Positions 20,256 to 32,126 are shown, counted from the first letter of the stretch. The stretch: 64,000 nt of DNA from an uncultured Nitrospiraceae bacterium (GCA_963727805.1 CAVSHF010000003.1:2112001-2176000), one strand, 5' to 3'. Made by a program: numbers and translations. The notes: a model not told the origin generated them from the sequence alone.

Positions 20256-20340
20256 CCTCCATTTTGATAAATCATATTGTGCTTGTTCACTCGACTTCTT
20301 ATTTGTTGTGACGCTTTTGCATTGTTTCCTCCTCTGAGTG

Positions 20341-21408
20341 TCACGCCGGTTGCTCAGATTTGAGAGACGCCATGTCGATGGAGAAGCGGTACTTCACATC
20401 AGACTTTACCATTCTCTCGTAGGCTTCGTTGACCTTCTGGATGGGGATTACTTCCACATCGGCGGTGATGTTGTGCTTGCCGCAGAAGTCGAGCATCTCC
20501 TGTGTCTCTGCGATGCCGCCTATGAGCGATCCAGAGAGACTGCGGCGTCCGAACAGCAAAGCGAAGGCAGAGACCGCGAAAGGCTTCTCCGACGCCCCCA
20601 CGAGGGTAAGGTTACTGTCGCGGCCGAGCATATTGATGTAGGCGTTGATGTCGTGCTCGGCGGCTATGGTATCGAGGATGAAGTTGAACGTGCTGGCGTG
20701 TTTCTGCATCTCTTCAGCTTTGGTGGAAATGATGACCTCATCGGCTCCCAGGCGGAGCGCATCCTCTTTCTTGCTGGGGGAGGTCGTGAAGACAACGACG
20801 TGGGCTCCGAAGGCATGGGCAAGCTTGACCCCCATATGACCCAGTCCCCCGAGACCGACCACGCCGACTTTCTTGCCCTTGGTGACGCCCCAGCGGCGCA
20901 TCGGAGAGTATGTAGTAATCCCGGCGCAAAGCAGTGGTGCGACCCCGGCAAGATCGAGGTTGGTGGGGACGCGCAGAACGAAGTGTTCATCGACGACGAT
21001 ACTTTCCGAGTATCCGCCGTAGGTGACGCCACCCAGATGTTTGTCAGGGGAGTTGAAGGTGAGGGTCTGGTTTGGGCATAATTGTTCCAGGCCATCCCGG
21101 CAATTCGGGCAGGTGTGGTCTGAATCGACTAGGCAGCCGACGCCCACAAGGTCGCCCGGCTTGAACTTCGTGACGCCGGAACCGACTTGGGTGACCCGGC
21201 CGACGATCTCATGGCCCGGAACGCAGGGATAGACCGTAGGCATGATGCTGCTCCACTCGTTGCGAACCGTGTGGAGGTCGGAGTGACAGATGCCGCAGAA
21301 AAGGATTTCGATCTGCACGTCGTGTTCTGTCGTATCGCGTCGCGGGATCTTGGTGGACGCCAGCGGCGATGTCTCACTGGCAGCGGAGTAAGCTTTGGCT
21401 TTGAACAT
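20341..21408 (-). CDS. Zn-dependent NAD(P)-dependent alcohol dehydrogenase (YahK/AdhC-like)
   Basis: CGICHSD, GHE, APLLCAGIT, GLGGLG, VKYRF. Confidence 0.95.
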   Translation of the reverse strand: MFKAKAYSAASETSPLASTKIPRRDTTEHDVQIEILFCGICHSDLHTVRNEWSSIMPTVYPCVPGHEIVGRVTQVGSGVTKFKPGDLVGVGCLVDSDHTCPNCRDGLEQLCPNQTLTFNSPDKHLGGVTYGGYSESIVVDEHFVLRVPTNLDLAGVAPLLCAGITTYSPMRRWGVTKGKKVGVVGLGGLGHMGVKLAHAFGAHVVVFTTSPSKKEDALRLGADEVIISTKAEEMQKHASTFNFILDTIAAEHDINAYINMLGRDSNLTLVGASEKPFAVSAFALLFGRRSLSGSLIGGIAETQEMLDFCGKHNITADVEVIPIQKVNEAYERMVKSDVKYRFSIDMASLKSEQPA

Positions 21409-21445
21409 GGATTAATCCTCCTGTTGGTTTTGTTCTTGTGCTGAA

Positions 21446-21841
21446 TCAGCTTTTATATTGTTCGTCGCTGACATGTTCCATCCAATCGGCGCTTTTGCCG
21501 TCGAGCTGTTCCACAATGGCAATGTGCGTCATGGCTGTGGTTGCCGCGGCGCCGTGCCAATGCTTTTCACCAGGTGCGATCCAGACCACGTCGCCGGGCC
21601 GGATTTCCTGGATCGGGCCACCCCAGCGCTGTACCAAGCCGCAGCCTGCCGTCACGATTAGGGTCTGTCCCAGCGGGTGGCTGTGCCATGCTGTGCGAGC
21701 GCCAGGCTCGAAAGTGACAGTGGCGCCGAGCGCGCGTGCCGGATCGTTTGCCTGAAATAGTGGGTCAACACGTACAGTGCCGGTGAAATACTCGACAGGT
21801 CCTTTGCTGGAAGGTTGTGAGCCACTTCTTTTGATTTCCAT
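21446..21841 (-). CDS. Cupin domain protein
   Basis: [18 protein letters not shown] and GEKHWHGA. Confidence 0.92.
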   Translation of the reverse strand: MEIKRSGSQPSSKGPVEYFTGTVRVDPLFQANDPARALGATVTFEPGARTAWHSHPLGQTLIVTAGCGLVQRWGGPIQEIRPGDVVWIAPGEKHWHGAAATTAMTHIAIVEQLDGKSADWMEHVSDEQYKS

Positions 21842-21981
21842 ATTTTGAATTCCTCAAATGATTGTCTTCTTATTTGGACATCTATTGTCAGGCGGAATTT
21901 ACATCTCCTGACGCGTGGGTTGGAACAGTCTCGTTCACATCCATCTCCACTGGCTTGAATCCTCCTTGCTATGACGATCGC

Positions 21982-22998
<1,017 letters not shown>

Positions 22999-23175
22999 CT
23001 ACTTTCTTAAAGTTTACTAACATCCATTTGCAACTCTACTGATGATTTTATTGTAATTATGAAAGAACAAAGTCAGGTAGACCAATCCTGCTCATTTATT
23101 GCCTAATCCTACTAATTCTTCGATAAATAGGTTGTAAACTAAGTGGCGTCTGGTAATATTAGAGAGGAGGTATAA

Positions 23176-24120
23176 ATGAATAAGCAGGCTGTCAATAGGT
23201 CATTTGGGAATAACAACATGGAAGTTGCGCTTGAAGCGTTGGGAAAGAGCATTGCCCGATGGACCGATAAAGGCGACAAGGTCATGACCGCGGTCCCAGG
23301 CTTGTCACTCTATCGGCGGGACGAACCGACCCAGCCGACGATAATCATGTACGAACCGCGCATTTGCGTGATCGCACAAGGGGCAAAACGCGTGCTGCTC
23401 GGGGACGACACGTATGAGTATGACTCCCACCATTTCTTGATTACGTCTGTGGATCTGCCCACGGTTGTGCAGGTTATCAAAGCGAGCCGGGAGAAGCCTT
23501 ACCTGGGGCTCATATTGAAGCTTGATCAGCGCGAAATATCACAGCTAATGGTGGACAGCAATCTTCCCCTGCCGCGTGCCCAACAATCAAGCCGCGGAAT
23601 GGCGACCGGCAAGGTCACGTTACCGCTGCTCGCAGCCTTTCAACGGTTGATCGACGTACTTGATGAACAGAAGGACATTCCGATTCTGGCGCCGATCATC
23701 AAGCGGGAAATTTTTTACCGCTTGCTAGTGGGCGATCAAGGCGTTCGTCTGCGCCAGATGGCGTCGGCAGGAAGTCAGAGTCAACAGATAGCGCGCGCAA
23801 TCGATTGGTTAAAAAGTAACTTCACACTGCCGTTGCGTATCGATGACCTTGCGACGCAAGTCAATATGAGCACATCGACCTTCCATCATCATTTCCGATC
23901 TCTGACGGCCATGAGCCCGTTGCAGTACCAAAAATGGTTGCGTTTGAATGAAGCGCGGAGGTTGATGCTCGCCGATCGTCTGGATGCAACAACAGCGGCA
24001 TTTCAGGTCGGCTATGAAAGCCCATCCCAATTCAGCCGCGAGTACAATCGTTTGTTTGGCGACTCACCATTGCGCGACATCACGAATCTGCGTCAAATGG
24101 CTGCTATGGAGACGGCCTGA
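23176..24120 (+). CDS. AraC family regulator (YqhC-like)
   Basis: AraC_N domain plus SPLQYQKWLRL..AR and VGYESPSQFSREY; divergent from the oxidoreductase operon. Confidence 0.95.
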   Translation: MNKQAVNRSFGNNNMEVALEALGKSIARWTDKGDKVMTAVPGLSLYRRDEPTQPTIIMYEPRICVIAQGAKRVLLGDDTYEYDSHHFLITSVDLPTVVQVIKASREKPYLGLILKLDQREISQLMVDSNLPLPRAQQSSRGMATGKVTLPLLAAFQRLIDVLDEQKDIPILAPIIKREIFYRLLVGDQGVRLRQMASAGSQSQQIARAIDWLKSNFTLPLRIDDLATQVNMSTSTFHHHFRSLTAMSPLQYQKWLRLNEARRLMLADRLDATTAAFQVGYESPSQFSREYNRLFGDSPLRDITNLRQMAAMETA

Positions 24121-24388
24121 CCGGTATTGCCCGTTCTGATCATAAGGTACTTCGGCGAGTTTCCAAGGCATTCTTGAATTGCGGGCCGAGGATTTCCGTT
24201 TCATAACCGATAGAATTTCATGATGACCTCCTGTGCGGAGTTCAGAAAGTTCTCATACCAAGCTGACTGATCCGTCTAGGTGCGGATAACGACATGCAAT
24301 TGCGGTTGTCAAATTTCCAGCAACGATGGAGGGGACAGACGGCAATCATCATACCGCAAGAAATATGGAAATCAATGTTACTTCTATG

Positions 24389-24619
24389 TTAAAAAGGCAA
24401 GACCTTTCCACCCGACATAGTATGCTGCAATGTCTGTTTAGCAAGCGCCATCCTCAAACCCCAACCTTTTATAAGCAGACAGTCTTCGTCTATGAAGGAC
24501 TCTCCGCTTCTAAGACTTCTTGCTACCTTGCGGCAGTCTACTCGGTCGATCTTCTTCGCTCTCTCCTTGTCCTTTGTTGGTAAATCGGCCGGATATTCTT
24601 TGATAAAGAGGTATATCAA
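24389..24619 (-). pseudogene. IS110-family transposase fragment
   Basis: PADLPTKDKER.KK.DR.DCRK.ARSLRSGE matches the KTD..D region of IS110 transposases. Confidence 0.65.
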
Positions 24620-24759
24620 CTCCTGTTAGAATACCAAGTTCGAATGGTATTTCACTAGCAGTACGAATTTAAGGCGCTAGCGTCCACCATTGATAGATTT
24701 CTAATCATTTTTAGCTTTCTTTTAGCACTGGTACCCAAAAATAGCACGCCAGACTGAAG

Positions 24760-26407
24760 GGGGCGAGTACTTTATCTTCTCAAGAGAGGCAGTACCTCTA
24801 TTTCAGAATCCAGACATCTAAAGACCTTCGAGCTTTCTTTTCTGACCGTGACATTGAGAAAAGCTTAAAGACCCGCCTTATCACTCATGCTAAAATAGAA
24901 AGCAGTGCGCTTTTCTATAAACTCAACTAATCTTCATGATGATAAGGAGCGGCATGTTAACAGATGTTCAGATAAAGATGCTTATTAGACAGTTCATAGA
25001 CAGTATCTTAAAAGGCTGTGAGGAAAGCCGCCTTTGTGGTTATGGTCTTCCTTCCGATGAAGATGCCCTAGACGATGCTATAGACGCTCACGAAGAAAAG
25101 ATAGCCGAATACAGGGAAGCTTTAGCTTTCAATCAAATAAAGCCTGTTCAACACATCGTAGATGAATTGATACAGCATGCCTCTTTGCCAGTGTATAACC
25201 AGTCAGAGGAGTACACAAAGCTCTCGAGAGAGGTCCTAAAGGCTCTTATCAAGGTCATGCAGATAGAGAAGGAGAGGTTGAGGGGTAACTATAAGAACTC
25301 TTACGACAAGATGTTAACAGCATCCCTTGTCTCGTCTCCTGTGATCACAAAGGAAGAAAGACCGTCCAAATCCTTAGCCGATGTCATAGACGAGTATTCA
25401 AGGGAGAAGATAAGTAAAAAAGATTGGACGCCAAAAGCCGCATATGAGAATGCCGGAATATACAGACTTCTTCAGATAATTTCAACCAATATCCTCAACG
25501 TGAATACGGAGAATATTAGGCTTTGGGATCGGTGCATATCGATTAAATATTCCGAAGTCCTCTCTAAACTACCCGCTAACGTGAGAAAGAAGAAGGCTTT
25601 TCGTAACCTATCTCTTGAGGAAATCTATGAAGCTGTATTAAGGAAGTCTGTCGAACCTATGAGTACAAGGACTTATAATAAGCACCTAGAACGTGTTAGC
25701 GCAATGTTTACATGGGCGGCTAAGCAAGGTTACATTGAACGTACCCCTGCCGAAGGCCTTACTGTTAAGAAAGACCATGTAGAGTCGCAAGAGCGTGATG
25801 CTTACGACAAAGACGATTTACAAAAGCTTTTTAGTTGTCCGGTTTATGCCTCTCCTAATACCAAAGAGCCTGAGAAGTTTTTTATCCCCTTGCTTACCCT
25901 CTATGGCGGTCTGCGTTTAGAAGAAGTCTGTCAGCTTTACTGTGAAGATATTAAGGAAATAAACGGCATGCTGTGTATTGATATAAACAATAACCACGAC
26001 AAACGTCTTAAGACGCCTTCTAGCAAGCGTCTAGGATACATCCCTCTCTTCTTGACTTAGGCTTTCTCCGATACTGTCAGACCGTTAAAGGCTTATGCCT
26101 TTGGGAGAACCTACATAAAGGCTGTGATGGTTACGGAGACGCTTTCGGCAAGTGGTATCAAAGAGTAAACCGTGACTTTATCACTAAGAATAGTAAGCGT
26201 GTATTCCGTTCCTTCAGACTTACTTTTATCAATAACCTGCAGCAAAAAGAAGTCCCCGAAACGATCATAGCTGAGTTAGTCGGTCATTCTTTAGACTCTC
26301 TAAAACATGGGCGTCAGGGTAAACGGTATGATATCGATGTTCTCCTTGATGCTATCAATAAGCTTGATTACGGGATTGACTTAAAAGACCTCGGAATCTG
26401 GAAATAA
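24760..26407 (+). pseudogene. Degenerate tyrosine recombinase/integrase (DUF6538-like N-terminus)
   Basis: N-terminal YLLKRG..YFRI...DLR....KSLKT; core ORF 24936-26060 with YGGLRLEEVCQL; after a frameshift continues as FRSFR...LVGHS...GRQGK to a stop at 26407; start approximate. Confidence 0.85.
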
Positions 26408-26781
26408 ATAGACACCAGTTCCAGTTCATTTCGGACGTTAAATATGCGTTAACATCCATTGCTCTTTGTAAGTCTATGAGTGCTGTTATTGGAGCACTTT
26501 TGACTTTCCTGTGGGAAATCTTTGTCGCTCCTACATCGCTCAGAATTGGCAACAGTTGGTAAATTCAACTCAAGTGGATGGTATGCTTATACTTCTGCAG
26601 TAATCCGCCGCTATAATCGCTCAAAAAATGTGCGGATTAAAAAAGGTTAAATCCTCGCCCCGCAAGAGTCGCTCTTTTATCATATAATAAAAGGAGCACA
26701 GTTAATTTAGAGCATCCTCGCTTGCAACGCGCTGTGAAAGAGCACAAGCATAGTACTTGACGATGTCCACATTTCTCACTG

Positions 26782-27093
26782 ATGCTATTAACGAAGTGCT
26801 TTGATATAATGCAAAGTATGATGAAGAAAAGTGGAGTTACCATTCATGACGGATGGGTCCTCTATATTCTCACCTGTAGAGGAGACCGCTTATACACAGG
26901 TATCAGTAATGACTTACCCAGTCGCTTGAGAGCTCATAAAGAGGGAAGAGGTAGTAAGTTCGTCAAGGCCTTCAGTCCGTTTACACTGGCAGGAGTGGTC
27001 CCCTGTAAAGACGCGACTGAAGCCAGAAAGCTGGAGAGCAGGGTCAAAAAGATGAGAAGATCTGAGAAATTGGATTTCATTAAGCCTCGTTAA
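26782..27093 (+). CDS. GIY-YIG nuclease family protein (UPF0213)
   Basis: W.LYIL.C....LYTGISNDL..RL..H..G.GSKF; true start probably further downstream. Confidence 0.88.
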   Translation: MLLTKCFDIMQSMMKKSGVTIHDGWVLYILTCRGDRLYTGISNDLPSRLRAHKEGRGSKFVKAFSPFTLAGVVPCKDATEARKLESRVKKMRRSEKLDFIKPR

Positions 27094-27325
27094 GGCAAGT
27101 GTGCAACAAAAGGGCGGAAAGGAGTTACTGCCGCGGATAAAGATTGAGAGATGCGTGGTGATTGTCTTTTGGAATCTCCCAAGAGTCCTTTACATATAAT
27201 GCACAACTTCTTCCCGCTCCAATATTTTCCGGGGAACACAATGTCATGTAATATTGCAGATCTAATTCAGTAAGAATTTTGTTCTTGTGTGCTCAAGGAT
27301 AATTAAGTGAATAATTATATCGCAT

Positions 27326-28650
27326 CAGAAGCGTCCCAACGTTAATCGAACAATATCAACTGGTTCTCGGACAACGTGTCGTTATCGCCGATCTGTGTAT
27401 CTGTAAGTATCTGTATTAAAGGTGTTCTCTCAAACATGGTCACGCTCAATATCTGTAGAATCGTATAGAGACTTGCCTGTAATTTGAGACGTTTCTTTAT
27501 GATCGCCACCAGAACATATATCGATACGGCGATCCAAACCTGAGTTTTGACTGCATTGTCGCTTGTTCCGTAGAAACTCTTGATTCTGAGGTTCTGTTTG
27601 ATCCACTTGAAAAAGAGTTCCACCTGCCACCGGCATCGATATAGTTGAGCTATCGTCATTGCTGGAAGCGTGAAATTGTTGGTAAGAAATACCAGAGTCT
27701 TGTCCAATTCGGCGTCGTGATATTTGATCTTGCGAATTTTCTCCGGATAGTGAGAGGCCGAATAGAATCCGGTTAGCGTACCGCTTTGATCGCAGATAAG
27801 CCCCGTTGTCCGATCTACAGGATGGGAATACTGTCTGCGAAATTTGAAATTGGATTTGCCTCGGGTGACGAAGAACGCCCTGCTCAAATGCAACATATAC
27901 AGTCTGGCAAAATCCAGATATCCTCGGTCCATTATGTAGAATGCTCCTGGCTCTATAACAAGACAATCCAGAATATTTACTTCGTGCATCTTGCCATCGC
28001 TTATATGAATGAACGTTGGGATGTTGCCGCGAAGATCCAGTAGCGTATGGAGCTTGACTGCAGCCTTTGTCTGACGAAAATGCGCCCATGGGAATACTGA
28101 TAGACACAGGTCGATAGTCGTTGCATCCAGTGCGTATACCGTCTGATCCAGTTGCACGCCGAAGTCTTCGTCCAAATAAAGTGCACGGGCTTTCTGAATC
28201 AGGCAATGAGCGAAGTCGGCATAGATGCGCCAGTCCCTTACCTTGTTGGCGTTGGCCAAGGTGTTTCTGGATACATTGCCACGAATGCCCATGTGATAGA
28301 GTTTGCTTCTTTGAGATCGAAGGCACGATTCGATATCTCTCAGACTTTCCCGATAGGTCAGTTGCGCAAAGGCCATGCATAGATACTGATCCAGACAAGT
28401 GAAGTCTTTGATCTTGTAATTCCCACGATAACGGTTGACGCTCCGATGAAAGGCTGGTAGTGGTATGTGTTCGACGACCTGAGAGAAAATCAGCTTGCCT
28501 GTATACATGGGTACGCTCCTCGTGTTTGTTACCACGAGAATGACGGATGCCCAAACTTCTTTTCAAGTCGTTTTCGTGCTCCATTATCAATTCCATATGT
28601 TATTTCAATATGTTAAACTCAATCCGTCATTAAACGTTGGGACACTTCTG
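27326..28650 (-). mobile_element. Intact IS4-family element (1325 bp) with terminal IRs and 9-bp TSD
   Basis: IRs CAGAAG(C/T)GTCCCAACGTT at both ends; direct repeat ATATCGCAT at 27317-27325 and 28651-28659. Confidence 0.95.
27342..28508 (-). CDS. IS4 family DDE transposase (DUF4372 N-terminus)
   Basis: FAQLTYRESLRDIE, ALDATTIDL, MDRGY, Y..RW.VE.FFKWIKQ; ATG 28508 after GAGGAG. Confidence 0.95.
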   Translation of the reverse strand: MYTGKLIFSQVVEHIPLPAFHRSVNRYRGNYKIKDFTCLDQYLCMAFAQLTYRESLRDIESCLRSQRSKLYHMGIRGNVSRNTLANANKVRDWRIYADFAHCLIQKARALYLDEDFGVQLDQTVYALDATTIDLCLSVFPWAHFRQTKAAVKLHTLLDLRGNIPTFIHISDGKMHEVNILDCLVIEPGAFYIMDRGYLDFARLYMLHLSRAFFVTRGKSNFKFRRQYSHPVDRTTGLICDQSGTLTGFYSASHYPEKIRKIKYHDAELDKTLVFLTNNFTLPAMTIAQLYRCRWQVELFFKWIKQNLRIKSFYGTSDNAVKTQVWIAVSIYVLVAIIKKRLKLQASLYTILQILSVTMFERTPLIQILTDTQIGDNDTLSENQLILFD

Positions 28651-28845
28651 ATATCGCATGTGACATAATTATTCACTTAAAAGTATTTTCTTATTTATTA
28701 GTGCATGATGCCCCTACAATGAACTGGATAAGCAACGAAGTCATTAGGAGAACTTCCAATAATTCTCAAAATGTTGTAGATTACACTTGCTAGAAGTGTA
28801 ATCTATAGTAAAATTACTCCTTAGAGTTATTGTGAGGCGTATAAG

Positions 28846-29772
28846 ATGAGGGATCAACAGAAAACAAAAGAACAATTGATAAATGAATTGAGGGGATTGC
28901 GCCAGCAGATTGCAGAAGTGAAAGGATCGGAACATCATTATCGGCACGTCATTGAGGACGTAGCAGATGTCATCTACACTCTCTCGCCCAGTGGAGCAAT
29001 CATGTCTCTAAACCCGGCATTCGAAAAAATTACGGGCCTGTCACATATTGAGTGGATTGGGAACAACTTTGATCAACTAATTCATCCTGCTGATCTGTCG
29101 TCTGCCATGGAGAAATTTCAATACGCCCTAAGCGGGGTAGCGCAATCGAAGTTTGAATTACGGACTCTCACAAAATCAGGCGAATATCTGGTAGGTGAAT
29201 TCACTGCAACACCACAGATACAGGATGGGAAGGTGGTCAGAGTGTTGGGCATTGCCCGAGATATCACCGAGCAGAAGAAGATGGAGGAAAAGCTACGCGC
29301 TCTATCTCTTACCGATGAACTTACAGGTCTCTACAACCGGCGAGGATTCTTTGCTCTAGTTGATCATCTTCTAAAGTCTGTTAAACGGCGCAATGCAAGA
29401 GTACTCATGCTTTATGCCGACCTGGACAATATGAAGGGGATTAATGATTCATTGGGCCACCAGGTTGGAGACAAGGCGCTAGTGGATACTGCCAATCTCT
29501 TGAAAGCAACGTATCGGGAGTCTGATATTATTGCACGCATTGGCGGAGACGAGTTTGTAGTTGTACCAGTGGGGACGAACGGCGACACTATCGAGGTAAT
29601 TACGGCTCGCCTACAAAAAAATATTGATACATATAATGCAAAAAGTAATCGGAGATTCAGGATTTCGATGAGTTTGGGCATTTCTTGCTATGATCCAAAA
29701 TTCCCTTGTTCTATTGACGAGATGCTTGCGCAAGGGGACAAGGCGATGTATGAGAAGAAAAAGCTCAAATAG
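28846..29772 (+). CDS. PAS-domain diguanylate cyclase
   Basis: PAS/PAC (ARDITE), DELTGLYNRR, RESD I-site, intact GGDEF. Confidence 0.95.
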   Translation: MRDQQKTKEQLINELRGLRQQIAEVKGSEHHYRHVIEDVADVIYTLSPSGAIMSLNPAFEKITGLSHIEWIGNNFDQLIHPADLSSAMEKFQYALSGVAQSKFELRTLTKSGEYLVGEFTATPQIQDGKVVRVLGIARDITEQKKMEEKLRALSLTDELTGLYNRRGFFALVDHLLKSVKRRNARVLMLYADLDNMKGINDSLGHQVGDKALVDTANLLKATYRESDIIARIGGDEFVVVPVGTNGDTIEVITARLQKNIDTYNAKSNRRFRISMSLGISCYDPKFPCSIDEMLAQGDKAMYEKKKLK

Positions 29773-30238
29773 GGTCTTAATACAAAGTCTTATAGAAAAC
29801 GTCCTAGTAATACCTGATTTTATAACTACATGACCCCTATTTTAGTTCTACCTTCTTTATTGCGATTTTTCAGGAGGTCTTTCAAAGATTCTACCTTTTT
29901 TGCTTCGATCTCCTTTTCATTTGTGGGTTCAGTCCAAGGCTGTGTAACCGACCAGATTATCACGCCACTGAGAGGCGGTTCGATGTAAGCACCGGGGGGT
30001 TATTTATTCAGTGGGTAGACCCCTCCAACATCTTCAGACTATATCAGATTTATATCAGATTATTCATTCTGGTTCAACTCCACTGACTTCAGCGCGAGCA
30101 TAGCATGAAATACTCGTTTAATTCGATCTCAGATAGATCTTTGTTTTCATCCCTGATAAGGGTAATCTTATTATAATTAGCGTCTCTGCTTGTCGTTCGC
30201 GGGGCGAATAAATTCTAACTTTTTAAGGAGGATCAATA

Positions 30239-31087
30239 ATGCCAATAACAGACGGCGTGGAGAAAAAAATCAGTCGATCACTTATAAAACGATATCAGCC
30301 CTGCCCCGAGCTTCAAAACTTATTGGTGAAGAATAAGGGCAAATTCAATGTGCCGATAATCGCCGATATGCTGCAAGCCATTCCATGGGAGTGCCAGAGA
30401 TATCTCGTTGACAGATACGGGAAATATATTCCCGAAGTCGAAAGCAGCATCTTTAATGTCATAGCAAGGGAATGGTTTGCCGCTCGTGCCGCTGCGGCGA
30501 GGCACGGCAGGTATGCTTTGATAAGCGATTTAAAGGGTATGTTGAAAGACTGGGGCTTCCATGACTTTTACGAGCAGCATAACAACTTACTCGCGGTAAA
30601 TGTGAATGATGAGCTTTTTAATCAACTCAATATTTACTATTGTCTAGATGAAACATTCGAATCTCATATAAACAGGTTTCATGAAAAAGCCCCGAAAAAA
30701 AAGGCACCTACGGGTGTGAGCATCCGAGCGGATGTCTCAGAGGACTCAAGGCCGGAGATGATAGCAACGACCGCGAAGACATTCTTTTTTGCATCGATGC
30801 TCAACCTACAGCTGAAATGGATGCTTGAGTTGATGGACCTAGCTTACCTGGACGGCTCAATGGGGGTGGCCCTGGACAGTGAAGAGTACGAAAAGTTTCA
30901 AAATCTGCATCAAGCCATAAACGTTTCCACGGTCGATGAGCTAATAGACATTCTGGAAATGTTCCCCCCTCATACCTCAAAAGAAAGCACGATCGCCCTG
31001 CGACTCTTATTAAAGAATGCGGAAACTGAGATTACGCAGAAAATCCTCATGGGAAGACAGAACGTAATGCGCAAGAGAGGCAAATGA
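30239..31087 (+). CDS. Hypothetical protein
   Basis: 282-aa ORF with AAGGAGG RBS; no recognisable motif. Confidence 0.75.
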   Translation: MPITDGVEKKISRSLIKRYQPCPELQNLLVKNKGKFNVPIIADMLQAIPWECQRYLVDRYGKYIPEVESSIFNVIAREWFAARAAAARHGRYALISDLKGMLKDWGFHDFYEQHNNLLAVNVNDELFNQLNIYYCLDETFESHINRFHEKAPKKKAPTGVSIRADVSEDSRPEMIATTAKTFFFASMLNLQLKWMLELMDLAYLDGSMGVALDSEEYEKFQNLHQAINVSTVDELIDILEMFPPHTSKESTIALRLLLKNAETEITQKILMGRQNVMRKRGK

Positions 31088-31237
31088 ACCTGCTATTTTG
31101 TCGTTTTCCGCCAAAGTATCCGCAGAGATTGTCTGTACGACTAAGTCGGAGCACTTGGATGACATAAGTGATTTATTTTTTAACGACTCAAAATTGGATT
31201 AAAAAGTGCAAGTGGTTCCTTTTTTCGTGGAGAAACA

Positions 31238-31441
31238 ATGGAGTCCTTTAATTTTGGGGTCCGTAGATACGTAGAGGTCCCTGAGGACCTACGCCCTACA
31301 GGATGGGCTCAGGTAGAAACCTACCGGTCGTCATCACTGCCTGCAATTCGCACCCGCCATACACGACAGAAAACAGCTAGTCATAAAGTTACTACGCCAC
31401 ACGGCACTCAGATAACTATTGTTGACTTCATAACGCCGTAA
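31238..31441 (+). CDS. Small hypothetical protein
   Basis: 67-aa ORF with GGAG RBS; no motif. Confidence 0.35.
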   Translation: MESFNFGVRRYVEVPEDLRPTGWAQVETYRSSSLPAIRTRHTRQKTASHKVTTPHGTQITIVDFITP

Positions 31442-31740
31442 TCAATCTACTCTCACCGAAAAACTGCGTATGTACGCTTGTACGGTGCCGATAATCGCAA
31501 TAGTTGACCCGCTAGACTTTTTCTGGAACTCCTTCATATTCCTGATCGAGCAACAGCAACCTTTCTCCCGATAATTTCGCCTTCTTATATTTTTTAGTGA
31601 CGCATTGTCGTAGCAATTGGCTTCCACTTGGCGATGGTGGTATAGCAGAATGTTCATCGGAGGGGATTCAAGAATTTGGCCCATTGCAGCAGATAAAAAG
31701 GAGGCTGGCTTTTGCCCAGCCTCCTCCGCAACAAAACCTT

Positions 31741-32112
31741 CTATGGCTTTGCAGGGACCATATCTTTCCCACAGCTGCACTTGCCAGGGTTTTGACTAAC
31801 AGTGTCACATTTGCACTGATCACCGCATGCGCATGTATACTTTCCCTTCTGCTTGTAAACTTTTTTTCCACCGTCAACATAGACCATGCCATTTTCGACT
31901 TTCGTGACGGTTACTTTTACCATATCCTTCCCACAGCTGCATTTGCCGGGATTCCTCGACATAGTATCGCAGGGACAGGTCTCACCGCATGCACAAACAT
32001 AAATCTCATCTCCTGGCTTAACGTCCATTACGCCATTTGACGCCGCGAAAGCAACCACTGCGATAGCCACAGCAACAAAAACTGCCAAAAGAGTAACTGT
32101 CGATTGTTTCAT
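31741..32112 (-). CDS. Secreted Cys-rich protein with two repeated putative metal-binding modules
   Basis: Signal peptide from ATG 32112 (AGGAGG RBS); two copies of Y.CACG..C.CDT.S.NPGKCSCGKDMV. Confidence 0.85.
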   Translation of the reverse strand: MKQSTVTLLAVFVAVAIAVVAFAASNGVMDVKPGDEIYVCACGETCPCDTMSRNPGKCSCGKDMVKVTVTKVENGMVYVDGGKKVYKQKGKYTCACGDQCKCDTVSQNPGKCSCGKDMVPAKP

Positions 32113-32126
32113 CTTCCCTCCTCCTT

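Larger units (their letters stand above)
27303..28680. repeat. 16-bp perfect inverted repeat split by the IS4 insertion
   Basis: TTAAGTGAATAATTAT (27303-27318) and ATAATTATTCACTTAA (28665-28680). Confidence 0.85.

Noticed and set aside
20338..21081. Long antisense ORFs (also 10691-11419, 15511-16134, 17420-18043, 42592-43347, 54718-55632)
   Set aside because: They lie opposite well-supported genes and have no domain features; typical shadow ORFs.
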